A stretch of 64,000 bases of DNA from Escherichia coli (GTDB taxonomy: Bacteria; Pseudomonadota; Gammaproteobacteria; Enterobacterales; Enterobacteriaceae): NCBI RefSeq assembly GCF_013122565.1, contig NZ_CP053258.1. One strand, 5' to 3'. Every line of letters starts with the position of its first letter. The stretch's first letter is position 1. The translations under genes were made by a program, and so were the position numbers. The notes beneath the pieces were generated by a model, which was not told the origin of the DNA, did not search any database, and saw nothing but the letters and a program-made list of their open reading frames with translations. Shown one piece after another: positions 23,455 through 34,805 of the stretch.

Positions 23455-24266
23455 GGTTTTCCTTGTAATAATTGTTGACCAAGCCAGAACCCCAGCAGCG
23501 TATCTGCCCCTGACGTATGCCCCAGCGCCAGCAGCGAATCAATCGCCGCAGCAGTACGTTTCGGGCAACTCAGAGCATGAGCAAAGTGCAGGAGTGGCGA
23601 GGCGAAATATCCTTGCGCGGCATAACGTAAATAACTGACGCTCACCGCTGTGGTAACGAGTTGAAGATTGTCGGAACAGGCAAAAAACGGGCGACCGGCG
23701 CGCGCATCTAAAGCACCATAATACCAGGCCGCCAGCAGCATTCCGCTCAACGTGTCATCATGACTTGGCGTTAATCCGGGGCCTTTACCCAGCCAGTGCC
23801 GCCAGTCGGTCTTAACGCCATTGAGCGCGGCCTGAAAACAGTGACGAAACTGGCGTAATTCAGCGGGCAGCGGATCGCTTGCCGCCATCGCCAGTGGCCC
23901 GAAAAGTCCGGTTTCCTCCGCGCGTTGCATCCATGCAGCTGCAAGCGGTTGAGGATGCGCAGGCGGCGTAATACGCAGCAAACAATAACGCTGTGGCTGT
24001 TTAACCGTGAAACGCCCGAGGCGAATACCTTGAGCCACAACCTGTGGTCGTTCATTGCCGCATAATCCACCGCATAACGCATCGAATTGCGCGCGGCGAA
24101 GCACCCATCCTCCGGGGCCGAAACCACTACCCTGACGATGCAGCGTTAACAGTTCGCCGCTTTCCGTCATCAGGTTAATCGCCCGTCGCCACACTCCCGC
24201 TAACCGCCAGGACTGGCGATAATTCGGTGCGCTACGGCTGGCAAGCAGAGGATGGATGATCGTCAT
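23451..24266 (-). CDS. ylbF: DUF2877-family protein YlbF (271 aa)
   Basis: Start [12 protein letters not shown]... at 24266; 4-nt overlap with arcC; ORF-track extension to 24359 overlaps ylbE. Confidence 0.8.
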   Translation of the reverse strand: MTIIHPLLASRSAPNYRQSWRLAGVWRRAINLMTESGELLTLHRQGSGFGPGGWVLRRAQFDALCGGLCGNERPQVVAQGIRLGRFTVKQPQRYCLLRITPPAHPQPLAAAWMQRAEETGLFGPLAMAASDPLPAELRQFRHCFQAALNGVKTDWRHWLGKGPGLTPSHDDTLSGMLLAAWYYGALDARAGRPFFACSDNLQLVTTAVSVSYLRYAAQGYFASPLLHFAHALSCPKRTAAAIDSLLALGHTSGADTLLGFWLGQQLLQGKP

Positions 24267-24276
24267 TGCGCGTTCC

Positions 24277-25536
24277 TCAACCAATACCCATGCTTTCAGC
24301 CAGTGCTTCCAGCGCCTGTTCAAAGCACGCCAGCGGTGCCCGCACGGTGCCTGCGCCAATCTGCCCGATCCCCGCCTCTTTATGGGCGATACCGGTATTG
24401 ATGAGTGGCGTAATGCCGGTTTCTACCACGCGACGAATGTCCAGTCCCAGGCACGCGCCCTGAAAATCCCAGCCTGGGATCTGCAACTGCATATTGCGTT
24501 CAAGGTAAATTTCCGCCATCTCTTCAGATACCGCCCTGGCCGCTTCCATGCCACCCGCACCGACAAAGCGCGTTACGCCAGGCGCTGCGATCATTGCCGC
24601 ACCTCCGATACCAAAGGTTTCGGTAATCGCGCTATCGCCCATATCCGGGTTCGCCTGCTCCTGCGAGAAGCCGGTGAAAAACAGACCTTGCGGAGTGTTT
24701 ACAGGCGCAGTAAACCAGCGTTCGCCCAGCCCGCTTACCCGAATCCCGAACATATTGCCGTTGCGGGTCATTGCCGTGACGATGCTGCCTGCGCGGATCA
24801 TCGCGCCAGCATCCATCGCCGCCTTGCAGTAAGCCATCGCGAGGTTGAGGAAGAACTGATCGGTCACGCTGAGGAAATCCATCACTTCCGCAATGTGCTG
24901 TTTATCATGATCGAGGCGAGCAATTTGTGGGGCCAGCGTACGCATTAACAGTGCTGAGGAAGCAATATTGCGTTGATGGAACTCATCGCCCATGGTAATG
25001 CCCTGCGCCATCATTGCCGTGAGATCGATACCGCGCTCCATGCGCCCCAGCGCCGCGCTTAATACTGGCATTAACACATCGCGCATCCAGCGATGGCGAG
25101 TCAGGACATCTTCGCCGTAAGCGCCAAAACGCATCACTTTGCCGATACCTTCGTTGAGGTTGCAGTACGCCCGATTGCCGTCGGTCACGTTCTCGACCAC
25201 CAGCATCGGCATACTGGCAGAAGTAATGCCGCCCATTGGCCCGACGGCATTCACATGGTGACAAGGAATGAAGTTCACTTCCCCCTGCTCCAGTATTGCC
25301 AGCGCCTGCGCTTCATCTTTCGCCCAGCCTTCGAACAGACATGCGCCCACGCACGCCCCTTTCATGGGTCCGGTCATCTCCTGCCAGCGCATTGGCGGCC
25401 CGGCGTGAAGCAGTGTTTTGCCCTCGTTTAGTTCGCTGATAAGTGAAGAAGCCGGTTGCACATCCAGCCAGTGTGGACGAGCACGACGAATTTGTTCGAT
25501 AACCGCAGCATTGGCTTGCGCCACTGATGTAAACAT
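24277..25536 (-). CDS. ylbE: DUF1116-family protein YlbE, apparently intact (419 aa)
   Basis: Single uninterrupted ORF between fdrA and ylbF. Confidence 0.85.
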   Translation of the reverse strand: MFTSVAQANAAVIEQIRRARPHWLDVQPASSLISELNEGKTLLHAGPPMRWQEMTGPMKGACVGACLFEGWAKDEAQALAILEQGEVNFIPCHHVNAVGPMGGITSASMPMLVVENVTDGNRAYCNLNEGIGKVMRFGAYGEDVLTRHRWMRDVLMPVLSAALGRMERGIDLTAMMAQGITMGDEFHQRNIASSALLMRTLAPQIARLDHDKQHIAEVMDFLSVTDQFFLNLAMAYCKAAMDAGAMIRAGSIVTAMTRNGNMFGIRVSGLGERWFTAPVNTPQGLFFTGFSQEQANPDMGDSAITETFGIGGAAMIAAPGVTRFVGAGGMEAARAVSEEMAEIYLERNMQLQIPGWDFQGACLGLDIRRVVETGITPLINTGIAHKEAGIGQIGAGTVRAPLACFEQALEALAESMGIG

Positions 25537-25545
25537 GGGAACCCC

Positions 25546-27213
25546 TTATTGCAAACGTTCTAATAAACGAGCCAGTTTTTTATTGCCGCCGGCGACTGGC
25601 GACCATTGGTAATGCACAACCGGTTTGCTGGCGCTTTGTAGCTCCAGCGCAAAACTGCGTAATCCGATGTTAATCACGGCGACGTTTTCCAGTAATGACG
25701 GTGTGTGTTGCTGTGCGGCAGGCGAGAGCGGATGAATTAACGCTGCCGCCAGCAAGGTGGCTTCCGGTAGCGAACTCACGACCGCAATCCCCGCATCTTC
25801 CAGCGTGGCGATTTGCTGCGAGCGGCATTGCGGGTCACGTTCGGTACCTGTCACCGTGGCAATGGCGTACAGCGGTTGGCTGTCTGAACGCGCGGCACAG
25901 GCTTTTTGCCAGGCGCTCACCAGCGAGGCGGCAGGATCGGCGGTCGCACCGAAGCCAATCACGACATCAAGCAGCAGCACACGCACTTGCGGTTTAGCGC
26001 CGAGATCGGCAATTAACTGGTTGCGTAAGGTTGGGTCGATCATCGGATGGGGACGCCCGACTGTGTAGAAATCATCGCCGAGGTCAATAATCTGGTGACC
26101 ATCGGCGTCGAGCATCATGCCGTGATGATGGGCATCATCGGCTTCCACGCCAAGGTGTCCGGCAAGTAATCCCGCCGCTTCGGCAGCCAGCGTACCGCCG
26201 GTATACAAACCGCAAATAAATCCGCTGCTGGCAGGCGTTATCGCGTTACGTCGCGCCGTAACGCGTGAAAGCAGGCAAGCCAGGCGTGCGGCCTCATCCA
26301 GCGAGGAGGCAAACCAGACATTCTCGTCGCGGGCCACCGCCGGGGTATAACCTAAAAACAGCGCCACCGTCGGTTTGCCGGTTGCTTTCATGGCATTAAC
26401 AATTTTCAGACGCACAGCTTCGGCAGGTGGTTTTGAAACAAATGCCAGCACTTCGCTTTTCTCGTCTGCACTGAGCATTTCCAGCGCTGTTAGCGCACTG
26501 ATGCCGCCCACTTCACGGCTGAGGTCGCGGCCGCCAAGGCCAATCGCGTGAGTAATTCCCTCCCCTGCCAGCGCAATCTGCGAGCACAGCTCCTGAATCC
26601 CAGTACCGGAAGCGCCAATGACGCCAATGTTGCCTTCCGGCATCACGTTAGCAAAAGCCAGCGGCGTGCCGGCAATCATCGACGTACCGCAGTCCGGCCC
26701 CATCACCAGCAAGCCTTTTTCCCGCGCGCGGGTTTTAAGTTGGATTTCATCTTCCAGCGTGACGTTATCGGAGAACATCATCACGTTGAGGTTGCGATCC
26801 AGCGCCTGCTTCGCCAGCTCCGCCGCATACTCGCCAGCCACTGAAATCAGCGCCAGACTGGCGTCGGGTAATTTCTGACAGGCACTGTCCCAGCGACGCA
26901 CCTGCGTCAACGCCTGGCTGCTGCCTGACCCCTGCGCCAGTTGTTTTAGCGCCTCTTCAAGCTGCTGCATAATCGCCTGCGCGATCCCCGCATCCGCCGC
27001 TTCGCTACGAATTGCCACGCAAATATCGTTCGGCGTGGCGTTATTAAAATCGTCATGCCAGAAACCTGTGGTATCTAATAACGCTTTATTGGCGGGCGTA
27101 CCCATCATTACGGAAACATCATCAACATTTTCTGATTCGCTGAGTTTTCGTGAAATAATCATTAAACTGACCGAATCCTGAAAACACCCTTTTTTAATAA
27201 AGGCGTGGATCAT
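25546..27213 (-). CDS. fdrA: Acyl-CoA synthetase-like (CoA-binding/ligase-CoA domain) protein FdrA (555 aa)
   Basis: Succinyl-CoA-synthetase-alpha-like architecture; first gene of the operon. Confidence 0.88.
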   Translation of the reverse strand: MIHAFIKKGCFQDSVSLMIISRKLSESENVDDVSVMMGTPANKALLDTTGFWHDDFNNATPNDICVAIRSEAADAGIAQAIMQQLEEALKQLAQGSGSSQALTQVRRWDSACQKLPDASLALISVAGEYAAELAKQALDRNLNVMMFSDNVTLEDEIQLKTRAREKGLLVMGPDCGTSMIAGTPLAFANVMPEGNIGVIGASGTGIQELCSQIALAGEGITHAIGLGGRDLSREVGGISALTALEMLSADEKSEVLAFVSKPPAEAVRLKIVNAMKATGKPTVALFLGYTPAVARDENVWFASSLDEAARLACLLSRVTARRNAITPASSGFICGLYTGGTLAAEAAGLLAGHLGVEADDAHHHGMMLDADGHQIIDLGDDFYTVGRPHPMIDPTLRNQLIADLGAKPQVRVLLLDVVIGFGATADPAASLVSAWQKACAARSDSQPLYAIATVTGTERDPQCRSQQIATLEDAGIAVVSSLPEATLLAAALIHPLSPAAQQHTPSLLENVAVINIGLRSFALELQSASKPVVHYQWSPVAGGNKKLARLLERLQ

Positions 27214-27528
27214 AACAACTCCTTAAAAATTGCACCCATGGCAATTGCACGAGCAGTGTTAATGTGGCGATTACGGTATCGATGACAACGGGTAAATAAG
27301 GTGATGAATATCACACAGGGATTATTAACAAAAGAATTCAAATAACCGTCAGGCTATTACGCGTTATTTTTTAATAAGCATGGTTGTTTTAAAAACAGGT
27401 TAAAAGCGCGAAGATTATCAAATAAATTCTAACTATATTTTTTTGCCTGTCTGGATCACATAATCCAGATATTTTCCCTGTATGTTAATTGCAGTCATGC
27501 TTCACACCGTCGTTAAAAAGGAAGACAG

Positions 27529-28578
27529 ATGAAAATCAGTCGGGAAACACTCCACCAGCTAATCGAGAATAAACTCTGCCAGGCTGGGTTAAAACGTGAG
27601 CACGCTGCAACCGTGGCTGAAGTATTGGTTTACGCCGATGCCAGAGGGATCCACTCTCATGGCGCGGTGCGCGTTGAATACTACGCAGAACGCATTTCAA
27701 AAGGCGGCACCAACCGCGAACCGGAATTTCGTCTTGAAGAAACCGGGCCGTGTTCGGCAATTTTACATGCCGACAATGCCGCCGGACAGGTCGCGGCGAA
27801 AATGGGTATGGAACATGCCATCAAAACCGCCCAGCAAAATGGCGTTGCGGTGGTCGGTATCAGCCGGATGGGTCACAGCGGCGCAATCTCTTATTTTGTG
27901 CAGCAGGCCGCCCGCGCCGGATTAATTGGCATTTCGATGTGTCAGTCCGATCCGATGGTGGTGCCGTTTGGCGGCGCGGAAATTTACTACGGTACTAACC
28001 CACTGGCCTTTGCCGCGCCGGGAGAAGGCAACGAGATCCTTACCTTTGATATGGCGACTACCGTACAGGCATGGGGAAAAGTGCTCGATGCCCGCTCGCG
28101 TAATATGTCTATCCCGGATACCTGGGCGGTCGATAAAAACGGTGCACCAACAACCGATCCGTTCGCGGTACATGCTCTGCTCCCCGCCGCCGGGCCGAAA
28201 GGGTATGGCCTGATGATGATGATTGACGTCCTCTCAGGCGTCTTACTCGGCTTACCGTTCGGGCGACAGGTTAGTTCGATGTATGACGATTTACACGCAG
28301 GGCGTAATTTGGGGCAATTACATATAGTTATTAATCCGAACTTTTTCTCCTCCAGCGAATTATTCCGTCAACATCTTAGCCAGACCATGCGCGAATTAAA
28401 TGCCATTACCCCCGCGCCCGGTTTTAATCAGGTTTATTATCCCGGACAGGATCAGGATATTAAACAACGCAAAGCCGCCGTCGAAGGCATCGAAATTGTT
28501 GATGATATTTACCAGTATTTAATTTCCGACGCGCTTTATAACACGTCATACGAAACGAAAAATCCCTTTGCGCAATAA
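27529..28578 (+). CDS. allD: Ureidoglycolate dehydrogenase AllD (349 aa)
   Basis: Ldh_2-family sequence; first gene of allDC-allE. Confidence 0.93.
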   Translation: MKISRETLHQLIENKLCQAGLKREHAATVAEVLVYADARGIHSHGAVRVEYYAERISKGGTNREPEFRLEETGPCSAILHADNAAGQVAAKMGMEHAIKTAQQNGVAVVGISRMGHSGAISYFVQQAARAGLIGISMCQSDPMVVPFGGAEIYYGTNPLAFAAPGEGNEILTFDMATTVQAWGKVLDARSRNMSIPDTWAVDKNGAPTTDPFAVHALLPAAGPKGYGLMMMIDVLSGVLLGLPFGRQVSSMYDDLHAGRNLGQLHIVINPNFFSSSELFRQHLSQTMRELNAITPAPGFNQVYYPGQDQDIKQRKAAVEGIEIVDDIYQYLISDALYNTSYETKNPFAQ

Positions 28579-28599
28579 TTATTGAGACAGGACTTTCTT

Positions 28600-29835
28600 A
28601 TGATTACACATTTTCGCCAAGCCATAGAAGAAACGCTGCCCTGGCTTTCCTCTTTTGGCGCTGACCCAGCGGGTGGGATGACCCGTTTACTTTATTCGCC
28701 GGAATGGCTGGAAACCCAGCAGCAATTTAAAAAAAGAATGGCAGCAAGCGGGCTGGAAACACGTTTCGATGAAGTGGGGAATTTATACGGTCGCCTGAAT
28801 GGCACCGTATATCCACAGGAAGTGGTTCTGAGCGGTTCGCATATCGATACCGTGGTTAACGGCGGTAACCTCGACGGGCAATTCGGCGCGCTGGCGGCGT
28901 GGCTGGCAATTGACTGGTTGAAAACGCAATACGGCGCGCCGTTACGTACGGTTGAAGTGGTGGCGATGGCGGAAGAAGAAGGCAGCCGCTTCCCGTATGT
29001 TTTCTGGGGCAGTAAAAATATCTTTGGGCTGGCGAATCCTGACGACGTGCGGAATATCTGTGATGCCAAAGGAAATAGTTTTGTCGATGCGATGAAGGCT
29101 TGCGGATTTACTCTGCCGAACGCACCACTAACTCCGCGTCAGGATATTAAAGCCTTTGTCGAACTGCATATCGAACAGGGCTGTGTGCTGGAAAGTAATG
29201 GGCAATCAATTGGCGTGGTGAATGCAATTGTCGGGCAGCGTCGCTATACGGTGACGCTGAACGGCGAATCAAACCATGCAGGCACCACGCCGATGGGTTA
29301 TCGTCGTGATACGGTTTACGCTTTCAGTCGCATTTGCCATCAGTCGATCGAAAAAGCGAAAAAGATGGGCGATCCGCTGGTTCTGACCTTTGGGAAAGTA
29401 GAGCCGCGCCCGAATACGGTGAATGTGGTGCCGGGTAAAACCACGTTCACCATTGATTGTCGTCATACCGACGCCGCCGTGCTGCGTGATTTCACCCAAC
29501 AGTTAGAAAACGACATGCGGGCGATTTGCGATGAAATGGACATTGGTATTGATATCGATTTATGGATGGACGAAGAACCCGTGCCGATGAATAAGGACCT
29601 GGTCGCCACCCTGACAGAATTGTGTGAAAGTGAAAAACTGAATTACCGGGTGATGCACAGTGGTGCCGGGCACGACGCGCAAATTTTCGCGCCTCGCGTA
29701 CCAACCTGCATGATTTTTATCCCCAGCATCAACGGGATCAGCCATAACCCGGCGGAACGCACCAATATTACCGACCTTGCCGAAGGGGTCAAAACGTTGG
29801 CACTCATGCTTTATCAACTTGCCTGGCAGAAATAA
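28600..29835 (+). CDS. allC: Allantoate amidohydrolase AllC (411 aa)
   Basis: ATG at 28600 (MITHFRQAIEE...); M20 peptidase family; ORF-track start at 28582 is a TTG extension. Confidence 0.92.
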   Translation: MITHFRQAIEETLPWLSSFGADPAGGMTRLLYSPEWLETQQQFKKRMAASGLETRFDEVGNLYGRLNGTVYPQEVVLSGSHIDTVVNGGNLDGQFGALAAWLAIDWLKTQYGAPLRTVEVVAMAEEEGSRFPYVFWGSKNIFGLANPDDVRNICDAKGNSFVDAMKACGFTLPNAPLTPRQDIKAFVELHIEQGCVLESNGQSIGVVNAIVGQRRYTVTLNGESNHAGTTPMGYRRDTVYAFSRICHQSIEKAKKMGDPLVLTFGKVEPRPNTVNVVPGKTTFTIDCRHTDAAVLRDFTQQLENDMRAICDEMDIGIDIDLWMDEEPVPMNKDLVATLTELCESEKLNYRVMHSGAGHDAQIFAPRVPTCMIFIPSINGISHNPAERTNITDLAEGVKTLALMLYQLAWQK

Positions 29836-29845
29836 GGAGTCATAA

Positions 29846-30631
29846 ATGGGATATTTAAATAACGTCACCGGTTACCGCGATGATTTACTGGCTAACCGTG
29901 CGATTGTGAAACACGGTAATTTCGCACTGTTAACACCAGACGGTCTGGTAAAAAATATTATTCCGGGCTTTGAAAATTGTGACGCGACAATCCTCTCCAC
30001 GCCAAAGCTGGGTGCCTCTTTTGTTGATTATCTGGTCACACTGCATCAAAACGGCGGCAACCAACAGGGCTTCGGTGGTGAAGGCATTGAAACGTTCCTG
30101 TATGTGATTTTCGGGAATGTGGCGGCAGAAGTTGATGGGGAAAAATTTGCCTTAAGTGAAGGCGGTTATCTTTACTGCCCGCCAGGCTCCTTAATGACGT
30201 TTGTTAACGCCCAAGCCGAAGACAGCCAAATCTTTTTATATAAGCGCCGCTATGTTCCGGTAGAAGGCCATGCACCGTGGCTGGTTTCTGGCAATGCCAG
30301 CGAACTGGAACGCATTCATTATGAAGGCATGGACGATGTTATTCTGCTGGATTTTCTGCCCAAAGAGTTAGGTTTTGATATGAACATGCATATCCTCTCT
30401 TTTGCACCAGGTGCCAGCCACGGTTATATCGAAACACATGTTCAGGAACACGGTGCCTATATTCTTTCCGGTCAGGGGGTTTATAACCTCGATAATAACT
30501 GGATCCCGGTGAAAAAAGGCGATTACATCTTTATGGGCGCTTATTCTTTACAGGCTGGTTATGGCGTAGGGCGTGGTGAAGCGTTCAGCTATATTTACTC
30601 GAAAGATTGTAACCGCGACGTAGAGATTTGA
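29846..30631 (+). CDS. allE: (S)-ureidoglycine aminohydrolase AllE/YlbA (261 aa), bicupin
   Basis: Cupin-fold sequence; conserved position after allC. Confidence 0.9.
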   Translation: MGYLNNVTGYRDDLLANRAIVKHGNFALLTPDGLVKNIIPGFENCDATILSTPKLGASFVDYLVTLHQNGGNQQGFGGEGIETFLYVIFGNVAAEVDGEKFALSEGGYLYCPPGSLMTFVNAQAEDSQIFLYKRRYVPVEGHAPWLVSGNASELERIHYEGMDDVILLDFLPKELGFDMNMHILSFAPGASHGYIETHVQEHGAYILSGQGVYNLDNNWIPVKKGDYIFMGAYSLQAGYGVGRGEAFSYIYSKDCNRDVEI

Positions 30632-30673
30632 GTCCTACCACTCGCCTGATTATTTTTAGCTATGTTGGATTTT

Positions 30674-30700
30674 GCCACGGTTTATACCGTGGCTTTTTTT
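30674..30700 (+). terminator. Rho-independent terminator after allE
   Basis: gccacggtttataccgtggc followed by a run of 7 T. Confidence 0.8.
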
Positions 30701-30708
30701 GCAACATA

Positions 30709-30840
30709 GCCTGATGCGCTTCGCTTATCAGGCCTACATGATCTCTGCAATATATAGAATTTACGCGATTTTCAGGAAGGATATGGTACTCATGCCGCAT
30801 CCGGCATGAGTACTGCACTCTTATGCGATATAAATCGCAT
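30709..30840. repeat. REP unit plus two further perfect palindromes between convergent allE and glxK
   Basis: REP gcctgatgcgcttcgcttatcaggcctaca; 12-bp-arm palindrome gtactcatgccgCATCcggcatgagtac (30786-30813); 6-bp-arm palindrome atgcgaTATAAAtcgcat (30823-30840). Confidence 0.75.
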
Positions 30841-30858
30841 CCGCTTTAAAGGTAAGGG

Positions 30859-32004
30859 TCAGTTTTTAATTCCCTGACCTATTTTAATGGCGCAGGCAAT
30901 ATTTCGCGCGCTGTTGAAGAGATTGGTTTCACCGCTGGCGAGCACTTCGGCTAAAGGTGCCAGACGTGGCAAAATGCTGAATACCGCGTCAATGCCGTAC
31001 TGGTGCACCACTTCCACGCCATCACCCAATACGCCAGCAATCCCAATCACCGGTACATTAAACTGCTTCGCCACCGACGCAACGCCCAGCGGCGCTTTAC
31101 CGCCTGCCGTTTGCGAGTCGATGCGCCCCTCCCCGGTGATCACCAGTGCTGCCCCCTGCACTGCCTGCTCCAGGTTGACCGCCCGCAGTACAATCTCAAT
31201 ACCCGGTCTAATATCCGCATTGAGAAATACCGCCGCCGCAATACCCATACCGCCCGCCGCGCCGCCGCCCGCCATCTGACAAACATTAATTTCAGTTTGC
31301 TGTTGTAAAACACGGGCGTAATTTTGCAGCCCCTGTTCCAGCTCTTCGACCATCTCCGGCGTTGCCCCTTTTTGCGGGCCAAACACCGCCGCCGCGCCGC
31401 GTGCCCCGACCAGCGGGTTATCAACGTCACATGCTACTTCAATATGGCAATTCGCCAGACGCGGATCGCATTCATCCATCTCAATGCTTGCCACGCGCGC
31501 TAAATTGCTGCCGTTAGCTGCCAGCACCTGACCGTCGGCATCGAGAAAACGCACACCAAGCGCCTGCGCCATGCCCATACCGCCGTCTACCGTCGCGCTA
31601 CCACCAATGCCGAGAATAATATGGCGAATACCGTTATCCAGCGCATGGCGAATTAACTCCCCCGTACCAAAACTGGAGGCCAGCAACGGATTACGCTTTT
31701 CAGGCGCGACCAGCATCAGGCCACTTGCTGCCGCCATCTCAATCACCGCCGTTTTCCCGTCGCCGGTAAGGCCATAAAAAGCATTCACTTTTTCGCCCAT
31801 CGGCCCGCAGACTTCAAGCGTCACGATGTTGCCGCCCGTCGCGGCGACCATCGCATCCACCGTCCCTTCGCCGCCATCCGCTATCGGTAAACAGATATAG
31901 TGCGCATCGGGAAAGAGGGTCGAAAACCCGGCTTTAATTGCCTGACAACATTTTTCTGCACTTAAGCTCTCTTTAAAAGAGTCTGGCGCAATGACAATCT
32001 TCAT
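30859..32004 (-). CDS. glxK: Glycerate 2-kinase GlxK (381 aa)
   Basis: ATG at 32004 ([16 protein letters not shown]...); ORF-track start at 32010 is a TTG extension. Confidence 0.93.
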   Translation of the reverse strand: MKIVIAPDSFKESLSAEKCCQAIKAGFSTLFPDAHYICLPIADGGEGTVDAMVAATGGNIVTLEVCGPMGEKVNAFYGLTGDGKTAVIEMAAASGLMLVAPEKRNPLLASSFGTGELIRHALDNGIRHIILGIGGSATVDGGMGMAQALGVRFLDADGQVLAANGSNLARVASIEMDECDPRLANCHIEVACDVDNPLVGARGAAAVFGPQKGATPEMVEELEQGLQNYARVLQQQTEINVCQMAGGGAAGGMGIAAAVFLNADIRPGIEIVLRAVNLEQAVQGAALVITGEGRIDSQTAGGKAPLGVASVAKQFNVPVIGIAGVLGDGVEVVHQYGIDAVFSILPRLAPLAEVLASGETNLFNSARNIACAIKIGQGIKN

Positions 32005-32025
32005 TATCAATCCTTTTTCAACAAA

Positions 32026-33327
32026 TTATTCGATGCGTTCCCACGGAATAAGGTTATCCATAAGAACAGCCAGTAAAATCCCGACCAATAAGCCGTTACT
32101 GAGCAGAGGACGAAGCGTTAATGGAAGGTCTTGCAGATACACAGGCGGTAATGCCATTAAAAATATGCCGACAAATAACGGCAATGCGAGTCGATAAATA
32201 TTGCGAGCGGTAAACGTTATTTGCTGGCTAAACACCAGCGCGGAAAAGAGTAAAGGCAGATAAGAAACCAGCATGACCGCGCTACTCACGGGTAAAGGGA
32301 TACTGCAAAACAGTCGTGTGAGTGCCGGAACCAGCGCCACCAGCAGGCAAATAACGCTGCCATAAATAAACGAACGCCGCGTGTAATCGCCAGTCTGGGT
32401 TAATAAACCAATGGATGAAACAAACGGTGAAAATGGAATTACTGCCAGCGGCACGGTTATCAGTGTCATAAATCCGGTCGCCACAAAGCTACGACGATAA
32501 CGCGTATTCCCCGCGCCCTGCTGCGGATAAAAAACATCCGTGCCCCGAATCGCACCGTAGGTATTGCTGATATTCACCAGACCTGTAATCACCGCCGTCA
32601 GAATAATCCCCGGAGACAAAGCACCGCCACTGCCGAGCGGGAACCACTGCCAGTGCAACTCACCGGAGAGCGAATGCGAAGAAGGAAAGCAAAAGTACCA
32701 CAACAACCAGCCGGTTATGGTGCCGACCAGCAGGCCATAACGGGCAAAACGTTGCGGCAGGAAAATAATCATCGCCAGTACCAGGCACATCACCGCCACC
32801 GAGAGCGCGAACGGCGGTAACTGAATTTTAAAATTCGGGTCGGCTATGCCAAACGGCAGCCCGAGCATACCTTTGAAAAAGATAGTGGTCAGCTGCGCGC
32901 CCAGCATCAACATAAACAAGACCATCACCGACGGCGTAAATAACCGAGCCAGGCGATGACCTAATCCGCTAAAACCAATCAACATCGTCAGCACGCCGGA
33001 GAGCGCAATCCCCACCGCCAGACTGGTAGCGATATCGTTGATCGGTGTCCCGCGCGATGCTTCGCCAAGGGTGATAGTAAGGATGGTTCCCCACCACAGG
33101 CCGCCTGGCCCTTCCATAATAGCGCGACGATGACCGCAGAACGCCTGAGCGAAGCAGGCCAGTGCGGTAGCAAGAAAAGCATATTGCGTGAGCGTAAGCA
33201 GGCTACTTTGCGGCAACTGAAAAGCAGAAAGTAGCGTAGGAGGAACCACAACCGTGTTGCAAAAAATAAAGAAAAACCACTGAAATCCTGATAACAGGCT
33301 TTCGCGGCTCACTGCAAAATTGAACAT
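32026..33327 (-). CDS. ybbY: Putative purine/xanthine-family permease YbbY (433 aa; alternative start at 33333)
   Basis: Polytopic membrane protein in conserved position between allB and glxK. Confidence 0.85.
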   Translation of the reverse strand: MFNFAVSRESLLSGFQWFFFIFCNTVVVPPTLLSAFQLPQSSLLTLTQYAFLATALACFAQAFCGHRRAIMEGPGGLWWGTILTITLGEASRGTPINDIATSLAVGIALSGVLTMLIGFSGLGHRLARLFTPSVMVLFMLMLGAQLTTIFFKGMLGLPFGIADPNFKIQLPPFALSVAVMCLVLAMIIFLPQRFARYGLLVGTITGWLLWYFCFPSSHSLSGELHWQWFPLGSGGALSPGIILTAVITGLVNISNTYGAIRGTDVFYPQQGAGNTRYRRSFVATGFMTLITVPLAVIPFSPFVSSIGLLTQTGDYTRRSFIYGSVICLLVALVPALTRLFCSIPLPVSSAVMLVSYLPLLFSALVFSQQITFTARNIYRLALPLFVGIFLMALPPVYLQDLPLTLRPLLSNGLLVGILLAVLMDNLIPWERIE

Positions 33328-33383
33328 AAACACACCTTAACCGGAGAATGCCCGCCGCAAGGACGGGCATTGCAGGGGCCAGA

Positions 33384-34745
33384 TTACTGCTGATGTTTAA
33401 GGATAAATTGACCTTTCGGCGCAACAGGGAAGCCCTGTTCGATGTCGTAAATCACATCACCACGTAAGATGGTTTTCGTGATACGCGCGCCAATGGTACG
33501 GCCAACATACGGGCTGACTTTGTGGCGATATTCCAGATCGTCATTGGTAAGAACATAGCTGCTATTCGGCTGAATGAAGACGAAGTCGGCATCTTTTCCT
33601 GGGGCGATACGGCCTTTTTGCTGCAGACCGAAAATATCTGCTGCGTTAGTCGCCATTAATTTGCCGAACATTGGCAGAGACATTCCGCGTTTCTGTACCG
33701 CTTCATCGAACATCACGTCCATGCAGCTTTGCAGACCGGCGATACCGCCCCATGCTTTCATGATGTTTCCGGCTTTCATTTCCGGCGGGCATGGAGAGTG
33801 GTCAGAAACCAGGCAGTCGATTTCACCGTTAAACAGTTTTTCCCACATGCCTTTCTGGTTTTCCAGATCGCGGATCGGCGGTGAACACTTCGCCAGAGTA
33901 CCGATTTCTTCGAACTGATCGGTATCCAGTACAAAATAATGCGGGCAGGATTCACAGGTAACGTCCTGACCTTCCTGACGTGCACGAGTCACTTCCTCAA
34001 CGCCTTCCGGGCTGCTGATATGGCAAACGTGCAGACGGCAACCGGCAACTTTCGCCAGGTACAGCACGCGGCGAATCGCTTCCACTTCGGTAAATACCGG
34101 ACGCGAAGCCACATAGTCATGAGCGGTTACGCGACCTTCACGCTTCGCTTCTTCGCCCAGTTCGTCACAGATCAGCGCGTTTTCGCAGTGCACCAGCACC
34201 GGCTGCCCCAGTTCGCCCAGCTTCTGCGCACCTTTGAAGAACTGCCAGTCATTTACATCACGGAAGTCGTTATCGATACCGCGATCGCCACAGGTCGCAA
34301 CGAAGCATTTGAAGCCGACAACGCCCACTTCATCCAACTCATGCAGACGGTCGATGTTGTAAGACACCAGGCCACCGAGTTGTGCCGCATCGATAGTCAG
34401 CTTGCCTTTAGCGGCATCAAACTTCAGTTCAATTGAAGCGCGGTCAACCGTTGCAGGCAGCTGGTTGAGCGGCATTTCGATCATGGTGGTGATACCACCT
34501 TTTGCCGCTGCGCGAGTACCAGTTTCATAACCTTCCCAGTGGCTACGACCCGGCTCAGAAATATGGGTGTGCGCATCAACCATGCCCGGCGAAACCACCA
34601 GACCAGACGCATCCATAACTTCTTTTGCATCGCCCAGATCCTGACCGATAGCAGCAATTTTCCCGCCTTTAACGGCGATATCTACAACGCGAGCTTCGTT
34701 TTCTAAAATAACGGTGCCGTTTTTAATGATTAAATCAAAAGACAT
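33384..34745 (-). CDS. allB: Allantoinase AllB (453 aa)
   Basis: ATG at 34745 ([17 protein letters not shown]...); amidohydrolase metal-binding motifs; ORF-track start at 34793 is an extension. Confidence 0.94.
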   Translation of the reverse strand: MSFDLIIKNGTVILENEARVVDIAVKGGKIAAIGQDLGDAKEVMDASGLVVSPGMVDAHTHISEPGRSHWEGYETGTRAAAKGGITTMIEMPLNQLPATVDRASIELKFDAAKGKLTIDAAQLGGLVSYNIDRLHELDEVGVVGFKCFVATCGDRGIDNDFRDVNDWQFFKGAQKLGELGQPVLVHCENALICDELGEEAKREGRVTAHDYVASRPVFTEVEAIRRVLYLAKVAGCRLHVCHISSPEGVEEVTRARQEGQDVTCESCPHYFVLDTDQFEEIGTLAKCSPPIRDLENQKGMWEKLFNGEIDCLVSDHSPCPPEMKAGNIMKAWGGIAGLQSCMDVMFDEAVQKRGMSLPMFGKLMATNAADIFGLQQKGRIAPGKDADFVFIQPNSSYVLTNDDLEYRHKVSPYVGRTIGARITKTILRGDVIYDIEQGFPVAPKGQFILKHQQ

Positions 34746-34805
34746 AACAAACTCCTTGTAAAATACAGATTGGTTTTTTAACTCAATGTTCAATATCGGG
34801 ATTAA

